IMG/VR virus record: IMGVR_UViG_3300044640_001517 | Location: 1 to 64,000 of that record | From: a virus | DNA: 64,000 bases | Direction: 5' to 3' (one strand) | In this document: positions 55,701 through 64,000 of the stretch, one piece after another | How positions within the stretch are numbered: the stretch's first letter is position 1 | Layout: each line of letters opens with the position of its first letter | The notes under the pieces: model-generated | What the model saw: the letters and a program-made list of their open reading frames with translations, nothing else | Databases searched by the model: none | What the model was told of the DNA's origin: nothing | Position numbers and translations under genes: made by a program

Positions 55701-58256
55701 GAGCATCTTCGCGTGTGTTGATGTGTAGATATGAAGTGCGTCCTTGTGACGCAACTGGCAATATCCCTTTGCACGTGGGCCCATGTATTTGCCAAGGTGG
55801 CGTACACAACGTGACCAGTCACCCGGTAGACCCCACTTGATCTTTGCAGCACCGCGTCCGTAGACCCAGTAGCGACGAAGTTTTTCAGCGTTACCGCGGT
55901 TCTTATCGAGACCGCCCTGCGCAAACTCTGTTGCGCTTGCCGTTACATTTACCTTTACAACTCCGTCTGGAATTACAGCAAAACGACACTTACCTTCATC
56001 TTCAATCGGCAGAGAGATGATTCGACAGACATCGTTGTCGTTTTCATCGTGCGTGTAGAAAACGCAGTTTTCACATTTAACGCCGATATCAGCTACCTTG
56101 TTCTCAGCCGCTGGCGTGTAACCAGCCCAGATGCCTGTGCCGTCTTCATTGAACTTGCCGTACTTATCGGCAATCTCAATAAGAGCGCGCATAAGGTCTT
56201 GTTCTTCAGCTACGAGAATTCCAGCGGCGGCTAGCGCATGCAACGCAGACGCGGTTGTTCCGCCGTCGATCTGTGCAAGAACATCGGTATACGCATCTCC
56301 GCTAAGCGGAACAACTGGTGGTGGAGTTGCAGATGTTAGATCGCTTAGGATACCTTCGTCCGGTACCCACTTCTTATCTGTTCGCTTAAACACCATAGGA
56401 CGCAGCGAGTCTGTTCCAGCAGGAACAATTGAGATCAGGTCAAACACAGCGGACGGATCGTCTGGAGAAACAATCGCCATATACACTGGCTGAACGTCAG
56501 AAGTTTCTGGTGTAAGAGGTTTGCCGGGTCCTTTATTGGTTAACTTGTACTCATCAGCAACTTGCTTGATCGTCTTCTTCTCTTCTACATCTGCTGATGC
56601 TGAAAATCCTGTAGGATTGTAGTACAGGTGATACAGCGGATTTTTCTTAAAAAGATCTTTGAATAACGGATGTTCACGGCGATCACCTGTAAACGCTTTT
56701 TGGCCGGTAAGTTTTTCACGACCTGCAACATATTTATCCCAAGAAGCGCTTGTTTCTTCCTTTGTAGGCTGTGTTGGCTTTACAAACGTATTCTGCTGAG
56801 CTGACTGTCGTTGTCCGTTTACCCATGCTGGGTAGTTGTACAAGACCTGTTGTAGGTCTCCAGGTGTTAGCGGAGGAAGTGTACCTGGAATTCGCGCGTT
56901 AGGCGAGTTCATCGGAGTTCGTGGTTGACCAAGGATTCCAGATGTATCAAGTGGCATGTTGCTTGGTGTGGCGACACCTTCACCGCCAGACCTTGCTGTG
57001 TCAGCGACCGCCTGTGTGTCTGTTCCAGCAACCCGCACAGACTCTCCCGAGTCCATCTTTACTGTTACACTCTGCGTGCCTTTGTCAATCGCGGTGATAC
57101 GTCCGGTGTTTGCTGGATTGCCGCCAACTGAAACACGTGAACCCATGCGCGCAAACTTTCCACCTTTATCGCGTACTTGTTTCTGCGCGTTTGCCGCACG
57201 TTCTTTTGGAGAATAAACGTTGTCTGCTGGATTGATCGCGCCTTCTGGACCAGCGGCAACGATCGTGTTGTCGATGATTCCCCAGTCAATGTCTCCGAGC
57301 TCAGCGGCCATAAGTTCAGCCTCTTCTGGATATAGCTCGTAGACACCCGTCTTTTCAAACGGTTGCTGCTGGAATCGCGCTGAAAGAATAAGTGCTGACT
57401 CGGCATCAATAGGCACATGCGTCTTCTCAGCCGTGTCATATATGTCGTCAAGCGCCTTGTCGTATGTTGCGATATCACTGTCAACATGCGCGAGATCGTC
57501 CCAACCGCCACCGTCCCAGACGTATGCCTCGCCGTCTTCATTGATCATGTATAGGCGATCGATAGATCCGTCATCGAGACGAATACGAGCCACAAACTCT
57601 GGACCGTTTTCTTGATCTTCTTCGGCAAGTCTAAATGCGTTGACGTCGGCGTCGTAACTTGTCGCCATTCCGTAATAGTCATCATCAGCAACGATAAATG
57701 CGCCGGCGCTTACAGCCTTCTTGTTTTCGCGTTCAACGATCTGCTGTGCCCAGCGCCACGCGGCGTCGCCGCCCCAGAGTGCCCAGGCGATGCGACCGTT
57801 CGATGGAAATCCGTCTGAGCCTGGCTTGTAGCCTTTGCCTTTCTTATCTACCTCATGTCGTGGGAAGTACTTTGCGATGTGGCGGACCTTGGCCAGTCCG
57901 ATCTGTCCGCCGTTGGCGAGTATACGCGCTGTGTTGAGACCAACAGGCGTTCCACCACGGCGATGCTCCTTACGCCACTCTAAGGCCCTCTTAGCCTCTG
58001 CTTGCGCTGCCTTAGGTATCGTGTACATACGTCCAGAGGCGGTGATTGCACTGATGCGGAGATCAGCCAGCGCGCCAGACGCGAGGTCAAAGTGAACTTG
58101 ATCTGCTGAAGCTTCTGTATTCCACGGCTGTATATACGAGAGGTTGCTTAACGTACCTACCTCGTCGACCATGTTAGTAATTGAGTCAATCACAACGGCA
58201 GATGTGCCGTCGGTAAACATCATGTAGCTACCGTGAGAACCAAAAAGCTTTATCAT
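52800..58256 (-). CDS. Giant (1818 aa) multidomain capsid-maturation protease-like protein
   Basis: Directly upstream of the MCP. Protease-like core SGDGR.F...LPLLWQ...GH..SVVVGRID...GVSADLD...T.V..PAF, plus many accessory domains. Confidence 0.75.
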   Translation of the reverse strand: MIKLFGSHGSYMMFTDGTSAVVIDSITNMVDEVGTLSNLSYIQPWNTEASADQVHFDLASGALADLRISAITASGRMYTIPKAAQAEAKRALEWRKEHRRGGTPVGLNTARILANGGQIGLAKVRHIAKYFPRHEVDKKGKGYKPGSDGFPSNGRIAWALWGGDAAWRWAQQIVERENKKAVSAGAFIVADDDYYGMATSYDADVNAFRLAEEDQENGPEFVARIRLDDGSIDRLYMINEDGEAYVWDGGGWDDLAHVDSDIATYDKALDDIYDTAEKTHVPIDAESALILSARFQQQPFEKTGVYELYPEEAELMAAELGDIDWGIIDNTIVAAGPEGAINPADNVYSPKERAANAQKQVRDKGGKFARMGSRVSVGGNPANTGRITAIDKGTQSVTVKMDSGESVRVAGTDTQAVADTARSGGEGVATPSNMPLDTSGILGQPRTPMNSPNARIPGTLPPLTPGDLQQVLYNYPAWVNGQRQSAQQNTFVKPTQPTKEETSASWDKYVAGREKLTGQKAFTGDRREHPLFKDLFKKNPLYHLYYNPTGFSASADVEEKKTIKQVADEYKLTNKGPGKPLTPETSDVQPVYMAIVSPDDPSAVFDLISIVPAGTDSLRPMVFKRTDKKWVPDEGILSDLTSATPPPVVPLSGDAYTDVLAQIDGGTTASALHALAAAGILVAEEQDLMRALIEIADKYGKFNEDGTGIWAGYTPAAENKVADIGVKCENCVFYTHDENDNDVCRIISLPIEDEGKCRFAVIPDGVVKVNVTASATEFAQGGLDKNRGNAEKLRRYWVYGRGAAKIKWGLPGDWSRCVRHLGKYMGPRAKGYCQLRHKDALHIYTSTHAKMLHGGKSKNQSVNEFIIEQPVYDIFGSNKKKKTKKYLTAAEASDGFKAEYAELVDHDGVVGYGSGTDVTEDDMRLSLEEIYAIEDDNYEADWAPEAGVVALMAELDDIDSLTAAGGVDRNRGKAEKLRHYWLFGRGALKIRWNTPGDWTRCFHHLAKYMGPRAKGYCALRHKEATGVWPGSKYNVGKKNAKSIKASGFDLVDEEAVIDAIVRQAEAQEARDRVLTASAEDTMMGSKFMIPLVIPEDTESGDGRKFKKNAISVRALPLPLLWQIKTADGHNGSVVVGRIDKMERTENGIGNAHGVFDTNAYGKEAERMVRQGFLRGVSADLDRFEANEDAKDEAADSPKEKKIGGDKITITKARVMAVTIVPKPAFEECKIYLEDVADTSGESQEGNMEQIPDGVYVEEDMDPMDAAAIVACGILAGAIPTVPPSDWFVNPQLSGPTPLTVDDLGRVFGHIASWQTDHIGMRSGTRAPKSRTGYAYFHTGVVRADDGKDYPVGQLTLAGGHASLEASALEAARHYDDTGSAIADVHAGEDAYGIWVAGALRPNATPEQIRALRASAPSGDWRPINGALELVAVCQVNVPGFPIARARVASGQVYALVAAGAQVLAKMKVDPMAELTSRIAKLEGKENAELAAQALELSNRVRSSFEYETFGYISKAARERLASEGKALPDGSYPIRNEEDLKNAIQAYGRSKPGKRAAVRRHIIKKARGLGKSELVPEQWKTAGLIDEEVVTDIQARVAAAKTAAESATAENTRKIEELRARVASAKEGLLAALPAVKPNSPEAVSNTPGKYISGVNQPRDVKGKFRDVLARLKQDLGTGGNAQLMEKLEEAQNNESLGDYDAAAKSSAQLISLIDRLDSGALDATALGNVRESARLLGQVLSNLPLPFGKEAQKVRFSDLPPVLRDLIDDMIAKVEAKIGKEDADIATESLRSYKSGGDVYSQSEVSSEMSKLLRLLT

Positions 58257-58988
58257 CTATTTAGCACCTTCATCTGCTTGTACTTTATCTTGTACAGGAC
58301 CGCCTGCTACCCAGGCATCACATGTACGCGAGGCCGCACACTTGAAGTCGAAAGCCTCACAATACCCTAGTTCTGCGATGTCGATTGCGTCCCAGGCGTT
58401 CTGTTCGCTTGATCCACCCTGCTCCAGTCCCCCAGCGATGCAGTCACGCATCTGCTTTGTAATAATGAATACCGCGCAGTTTCCGCAGAGGCTTTTCTTC
58501 GCGTCATCGATCGTGACAGACCACCTGTCAGCTTTTGCCTGCCAAAACTCTTCATTTGGCTCTGCCGGATTTAGCGGCCCGTAGCCTGCGGTATCGATCG
58601 CGTTCTGACGGTACTTGATGTTTAGCGCAATGTCCTGGGTGGCTGGAGGGCACTTTGCTGGCGCCGCGGCCGTAAGCGCGTAGTTGTGGTTTCCTTCGTC
58701 ATCTACCTCGTAGCGTGGTTTTTCGCCTCGCATGTCAAACGAGTCGTAGTACTTGACGTAATCTACTTCTACTTCATCGATCGTAAACTCGCCGCTGTGA
58801 TCTTCATAGAACTGGTATGTATCAATCTTGTTCCATGTACCGTTGTCGCGCATGAGCAATCCGCCCTTACTTGGACAGGCAAACATGAGATATTGGACGT
58901 CGTAGTTATCGTCTACAAGGACGTAAAGATCTTCATCTTCTTTGATCTCAGTTGGCCATGTGTCAAGTGCTTTTGTGTCTTCTGCCAT
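58257..58988 (-). CDS. Hypothetical head-region protein with a Cys-rich domain
   Basis: YGP.NP, CGNC..F, CI..G, GYC...FKCA..RTC..W..GG. Confidence 0.7.
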   Translation of the reverse strand: MAEDTKALDTWPTEIKEDEDLYVLVDDNYDVQYLMFACPSKGGLLMRDNGTWNKIDTYQFYEDHSGEFTIDEVEVDYVKYYDSFDMRGEKPRYEVDDEGNHNYALTAAAPAKCPPATQDIALNIKYRQNAIDTAGYGPLNPAEPNEEFWQAKADRWSVTIDDAKKSLCGNCAVFIITKQMRDCIAGGLEQGGSSEQNAWDAIDIAELGYCEAFDFKCAASRTCDAWVAGGPVQDKVQADEGAK

Positions 58989-59003
58989 GTGCTCTTTCCT
59001 GTG

Positions 59004-62000
59004 CTATAGTTGAATTCTGTTAAGCTTCTCATCAGGCTGTATCGCCCTAATTTTATACATAATTCCGCGACTTGAGAACGTTATTTCTCGTTTATTTGGG
59101 TCCCACTTAAAGCCACTGTTCTCCTTGAGTTGGAACGACAGACCACCATCACGGTCAGTCGTGATCTCCATGTAGCTTCTAATCGGAAGACCTTGGTCAT
59201 CAAAGTCACGAATGATCTTTGCCGAGTATGCTGCACGCAGCCAGCCGGCGTATTCACCGTCGACATTTTCAAGTACGGCCTGCGTGCCGGCGCGGTTGAG
59301 GTAGTTACCGTACTTTGCAAACTCGTCGTAGTCAGGCAGTGGAAGCATGTTTGTGTCTTTCTCTTCACCAGCCGAGGTGACGGGCATTGGTGGCACAGTG
59401 CGTCCAGTGTACAGCGTTAGGTTTATAAGCTGTTGCATGATATATGACTGCAGGTTCCTGTCCCTTGTGTTGGCGTACATGGGCAAAAGCATGCCTCTAG
59501 CCGCACTGTACATTTCAAATGACTTCATCTTTGCAACTTTTTTAATGATCTCGTCAACAAGTTTGTACCTGTCTAAGATATCAGCGTAGTCTTCTCCGGT
59601 TGGATTGCCTGCGTTTTCCTGCCCAAACGGAATAACTATCTCCGCCCTAAGCATTGTGTCGTATCCACCTGCGTTAGTTACAGCATGGTTTCCAGAAAAC
59701 GGCAACCAGTCGACCTTGCCTTCCTCTTCCTGCCTGTCAAACGGAGAGTTGTATTCAGCAACTTTATTTCTCAATACATTTACGTCACTGGCCAACATTG
59801 GCTCCACGTACGCGTCTCCAGATAAAACGGCGCCTGCACTGCCTGCGTCGTGCGTGTAGTAGTGCCCGTCTGGATACCTAACAATGATCTGCGGTAACTG
59901 TCTTGTGTTTTCTATTTCAAAAGGATCTAACCCCATGTCAACTGTAAACATATATTTTGCAGCTACTGCCACGGATCCTGCAGGCGCGGGTTGATAGTGC
60001 AGATCTGATCCCGTATATGTAAGCATCGCCGCAAGGTCATTAAAGTCTACAGTTTCACTTCCACCCGCCTCTGTAAATGCTTCTGTGAGGTTTTCTTCTG
60101 CAAAACGCAGCAACTGTCCTTTAGCGCTGTCTTTACTTCCTCTTCTATCTTCTAAGATTTTTGATCCAGCAGTCAAGATAATTTCCTCTATCGGAGTTCC
60201 GTCTATCTCAGTAATCCCACGTTCCTTTAGCATTTTAATTGCGCGGTCACGAACAAGTTGTGACACAACAATCTGCGCGTCCTTTGTAATTGGAACACCG
60301 TGCTTAACCATCGCTTCCTGGCCTTCGTACTTGACTGCCCTTAAGATATCTGTTCCAGGGACACGCTTGCCGTACAGGTCGTCTATGTTTGCATATAGAT
60401 CTGATCGCTCAAAGATGTCAGTTGCTGGCCACCAGATACTTCCTTCACTGTTTGCGTTAAATCCGCCCATGACTTCTAGCGTGCTATTTTCGTCATGCTT
60501 TGTCGGCCTAAGAAACACGTAGTCAGCCCCGCCTGTCCATAGGTCTTCAGTCGAGGACATTCCCTTATAGTTGAGACCTTCTTGTACTCGAGAAACTGTT
60601 GCAACTAGTCCGTTTGTTACTACGTCAACAATTGCGTTTGTAGTTACCTGTATAAGTTCTTCTGGGGTCGGTGGTCTGCTCTGTGTATCAACAAGATTTG
60701 CAACTGCTTTTTCAAGACTTAAGTTGTGCTTAAAGCCTTTTATGCCTGTATCTTCTTGCATAAGAAACGCCACATTGTCTGGAAGCATATACTCAATGCG
60801 TCCATGAGACCCGATACGCGGGAACACATCTGCTGCTTCTACTCCCCAGCGTTCTTTGATCTTTTCAAGTTTCTTATCACGACGATCTTGGTCTGTAATG
60901 TTGATGTTTGGGTCAGTCTGAGAGTCGAACAGCGACAGCAGTCTGTTTTCAATAAGCGACTTTGTGTCTTGCTGTTGCGCGGCGCGCACATCACGTACAC
61001 CGGCCGCGCGGAGCGCCTCTTCGATATCAGACTGCTCGGCGTCAATTGGAAGATCAATGATCACCTGGTTGTGGAATGCTGCAGGCGCTGATTCATATTG
61101 TGCGTCAAGTGGTTCAAGACTATTGTCGTCATTTGCACGCATGATATTTATTGACCACGGATTGCCTGTATCTTCGCTATCTGAGACAAACATTCTGCCG
61201 TTATTGAATACCGCTCCGCCCCAGTTATTTACAACACTTTCACCTGAGAGAACAATGTCGCCGTTTTCAGCAACGCTTACACGTTCAATTTGCGGCGCCT
61301 CTGCTCTAAACAAACTTCCAGCTTGACCTAGATTAGATGAGATTTCTTGTGTAACTTCCGCTCCGCGCCAGGACGTAAGTTTGAATCGAAGGCGCAACTT
61401 GCGCTCGCCGTCTGGCGTAATGATTGTTGATGCACGGATGTCAAGATCTTCAATATCTGTACTGTCGACAGCCGCTGATACTCCGCGTTCTTTGTACTGA
61501 TCTGGGCGATCTACAACAGTAGAGACAGCCTCCATTAGAGAAGGAATGCCAGTAAGTCCAGATGAAGATATAGGCTTTGGATCTTTAATGACAACAGGAG
61601 GTCTACCTGCAGGTGTGACTTCTGAATTAGATTTCCCGTGCAGCTTTATCTTGTCACTTGTCACGAGTCTTGCGCCTTCACGCAGAGATAGTCTATAGTC
61701 ACTTTCTTCAGTTGCGTCCATGTATTGTATGCGGTCTTTCCACTTCTTAACCTGTGGATCAGTTGAGGCGTTTAGCATCTGATCAATAAACATGTCAAGA
61801 TTCATCAATGAAGGCCGTGCAAAATCCCAGTCTTCTGCAAGTTGCTTCATTTTCTTTGAATTATCAAAGTCTCCGCCGAGATACATGTCTGACGCGTTTT
61901 CTTTTATGGCTTGATCGAGAAGCGCAAAATACGCTCCGGCATTTTTATTTATCTCTTCTTGACTACGGACATCGTCTTCTTGGCGTTCAAATATCATCTC

Positions 62001-63998
62001 AATACCGTGACGAACAGCCGCGGCAACGTCTTGTCTAGATGTAATCCCATCTGCCATGAGCAAAAACCTAGGCCATGTTGACTGATCACCGCTTCTAAAT
62101 AATGTTGGATCCCAGCCCGTCCTGATTACGGGTGTCTTGATGTCGTTGACGGTTGACTCAATATTTTGCTTGAGGATCTTTGCAGACTTTGCGCTGCTTC
62201 CGCTGGTTGTGTCCATGTCAGTGTTTATCGCAGCGAGTAGATCTTGGTATTCTTGCTCGCCTGCTGCCTTAGGAATATCAGGTACCATCGCCAGTGGATT
62301 TGCAAGATTTGCGTTTAGAAAATCAGCAACAGCTTTGAGCTCAGGTGAGTCATACATGTTGTTGATCTGCTCTTCTGTAAATCCTTTATTGAACCAACTT
62401 GTCTGAGGACTAATTCCAAATATCGGATACCACTTGTTTGTAGGTACACTTGTCTTTCCACCCGAACCTGTGCTTGCGTAGAACGGAACACTGACGCCGT
62501 TGATGTTGACGAGCACGATCGGACGACCTGCGACGTTTGCGATTGACATCATTGTCTCATTGACAGGCATCTTTACGAGAGTCGCTGACATTCCACGGAT
62601 CTGATCATGAAGAGTTGCGTGCATGTCTGAGAGGGCACTGTCAACCATCTCTGACATCACCTCTGGATCAATTGCGTTTTGCTCTGGTGCAGGTGTTTCA
62701 TCACCAGTCTCGACTGTTGTGTCGGGGGTCTCTGAAACTTCTGGATTCCATGGTGGAGGTGGTGGTATATCGTCAGGAGCCTCTGTTGCCCCCTCTGGGG
62801 CTTCAGCTTTTGGGAGCGCTGAGCCGCCGTCGCCTTCTGGAGGACTAGGTGGAGGTTCAACGCCTACACCGCCTTCTCCTTCTGCTGGTGGTTCACCCTT
62901 AGGAGCTTTTGATTTCTTAGCCTTTGGATCGATCTCGCCCGCCTGCACCTTGTTCCAGATCTCCATCTGCTGTTCAAGATTCTTAGGCTTCTTCTTTTCG
63001 CTTCCCTTTTCACGTGTGATCTCGACGTATGGATCTTCATCAGGACCGATGACGGTAAGTTCACGTGTGTTGTACGCCAGACGCGCAACGTACGGACCCC
63101 AGGCACCCTTCTGCTCTGTTGGACGTGGGTCAATCTCCATGCGGACCTTGACACCGCCCCAGGTCTTTTCATACTCCTCGACGATACCTGCGTAACCAAA
63201 CTTGGTACGGACACGCATGCCAGGTGTGAGGAACGTTGTGCCGTCCTTCGCGTAACCTGCTGGGCGACCCTTAGAGTCGACAGCGTCGATCGGTGGGAGA
63301 GCGGCTCCTGTTGGACGCCAGTATGCCGAACCGTCAATGTAACGTTTTACTGCCTTGACCATGTCCTTGAATGACTCCATGTCAACGTATCTCTCGCTGA
63401 AGATGTCATATGTTGGTAGTGAGTCAATGATCGCGTTCAGTCGTGCGAGTGCTTGATCGTCTGTCATTGTTCCGTTTGCAAGAGCCTCGCGGATCTGTCG
63501 GACCTCTTCAGCAGCCTTCTTGATCTTGTTGCGGTCAGTTGCCATGAGTACCGAGTCTTCGCCCGTTACTTCGTCACGTGATTTCTCAACATCATCAAAT
63601 GCGTTCTGCAGGTCAGCTGCTTTTTCGGAGTCATCCTTGTAGCGGAGCACCTGCGACATATCAACGTTATTGTTGGTTGTCTCGAGCTGCTCTGGAGCAA
63701 CATCATCTGGTGCCTGCTGTTCGCCCGTAGGTACTACACCTAGCGGTGCAGGTACATCGTCTGGACGCCACTCTGGATCAAGCTTAGGTTGCTCAGCGGG
63801 TGTCTCTTTAGGAGTAAGTTTACTAATGCGGATCGCATCTGCGGCATCTGCCGCCTGAAGCATCAGACTCTGGAGGTCCCCAGCGCCTACCTCTGCGTAA
63901 GGTTCAAGAAGCTCGGCAGCATCGCGGAATCGCTCTTCAGCGTCGACGTACTGTTCACCTTCATAGGCGTAGAGCGCGTCTTTAACGGCTTGACGGAA
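59004..63998 (-). CDS. Very large head-region protein (>1660 aa; 5' end outside window), possible internal/ejected protein
   Basis: Frame has no stop from 63998 to 59004; Pro/Glu-rich linkers between globular domains. Confidence 0.7.
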   Translation of the reverse strand, partial: FRQAVKDALYAYEGEQYVDAEERFRDAAELLEPYAEVGAGDLQSLMLQAADAADAIRISKLTPKETPAEQPKLDPEWRPDDVPAPLGVVPTGEQQAPDDVAPEQLETTNNNVDMSQVLRYKDDSEKAADLQNAFDDVEKSRDEVTGEDSVLMATDRNKIKKAAEEVRQIREALANGTMTDDQALARLNAIIDSLPTYDIFSERYVDMESFKDMVKAVKRYIDGSAYWRPTGAALPPIDAVDSKGRPAGYAKDGTTFLTPGMRVRTKFGYAGIVEEYEKTWGGVKVRMEIDPRPTEQKGAWGPYVARLAYNTRELTVIGPDEDPYVEITREKGSEKKKPKNLEQQMEIWNKVQAGEIDPKAKKSKAPKGEPPAEGEGGVGVEPPPSPPEGDGGSALPKAEAPEGATEAPDDIPPPPPWNPEVSETPDTTVETGDETPAPEQNAIDPEVMSEMVDSALSDMHATLHDQIRGMSATLVKMPVNETMMSIANVAGRPIVLVNINGVSVPFYASTGSGGKTSVPTNKWYPIFGISPQTSWFNKGFTEEQINNMYDSPELKAVADFLNANLANPLAMVPDIPKAAGEQEYQDLLAAINTDMDTTSGSSAKSAKILKQNIESTVNDIKTPVIRTGWDPTLFRSGDQSTWPRFLLMADGITSRQDVAAAVRHGIEMIFERQEDDVRSQEEINKNAGAYFALLDQAIKENASDMYLGGDFDNSKKMKQLAEDWDFARPSLMNLDMFIDQMLNASTDPQVKKWKDRIQYMDATEESDYRLSLREGARLVTSDKIKLHGKSNSEVTPAGRPPVVIKDPKPISSSGLTGIPSLMEAVSTVVDRPDQYKERGVSAAVDSTDIEDLDIRASTIITPDGERKLRLRFKLTSWRGAEVTQEISSNLGQAGSLFRAEAPQIERVSVAENGDIVLSGESVVNNWGGAVFNNGRMFVSDSEDTGNPWSINIMRANDDNSLEPLDAQYESAPAAFHNQVIIDLPIDAEQSDIEEALRAAGVRDVRAAQQQDTKSLIENRLLSLFDSQTDPNINITDQDRRDKKLEKIKERWGVEAADVFPRIGSHGRIEYMLPDNVAFLMQEDTGIKGFKHNLSLEKAVANLVDTQSRPPTPEELIQVTTNAIVDVVTNGLVATVSRVQEGLNYKGMSSTEDLWTGGADYVFLRPTKHDENSTLEVMGGFNANSEGSIWWPATDIFERSDLYANIDDLYGKRVPGTDILRAVKYEGQEAMVKHGVPITKDAQIVVSQLVRDRAIKMLKERGITEIDGTPIEEIILTAGSKILEDRRGSKDSAKGQLLRFAEENLTEAFTEAGGSETVDFNDLAAMLTYTGSDLHYQPAPAGSVAVAAKYMFTVDMGLDPFEIENTRQLPQIIVRYPDGHYYTHDAGSAGAVLSGDAYVEPMLASDVNVLRNKVAEYNSPFDRQEEEGKVDWLPFSGNHAVTNAGGYDTMLRAEIVIPFGQENAGNPTGEDYADILDRYKLVDEIIKKVAKMKSFEMYSAARGMLLPMYANTRDRNLQSYIMQQLINLTLYTGRTVPPMPVTSAGEEKDTNMLPLPDYDEFAKYGNYLNRAGTQAVLENVDGEYAGWLRAAYSAKIIRDFDDQGLPIRSYMEITTDRDGGLSFQLKENSGFKWDPNKREITFSSRGIMYKIRAIQPDEKLNRIQL

Positions 63999-64000
63999 CT

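Overview
The window is a 64-kb segment of a large tailed (siphovirus-like) phage genome. A WhiB gene, an MSMEG_6728-like gene, an actinophage-style head/tail module and many leaderless TGn-TANNNT-N6-9-ATG starts point to an Actinobacterial host. No integrase, tRNA, CRISPR array or lysis cassette was recognised. There are three blocks. (1) 1-18180, mostly + strand: a tail-fibre gene end, then a double-Fn3 protein ending in (PPxF)8-K, then a 17-kb run of modifying enzymes: about 11 Fe(II)/2OG oxygenases, a DUF6065 protein, a degenerate glutathione peroxidase, an AurF-like diiron enzyme, 2-3 SAM methyltransferases and 2 GT-A glycosyltransferases. (2) 18181-34056, - strand: replication and recombination genes (PolA, SNF2 helicase, Cas4-like nuclease, Sak4-like ATPase, SSB, RuvC-like) interleaved with a probable cytosine-hypermodification pathway (dCMP-type thymidylate-synthase homologue, dNMP kinase-UDG fusion, dCTPase/dUTPase, dCMP deaminase, two GT-B proteins, an atypical C5 methyltransferase). 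(3) 34103-64000, - strand: the virion operon. It ends in a second Pro-rich tail protein with the same PPxFK C-terminus, followed three genes later by a tandem 2OG oxygenase. The best candidate for an undescribed system is phage-encoded hydroxylation, glycosylation and methylation of Pro-rich virion appendages. All functional calls come from motifs read by eye; no database search was run.
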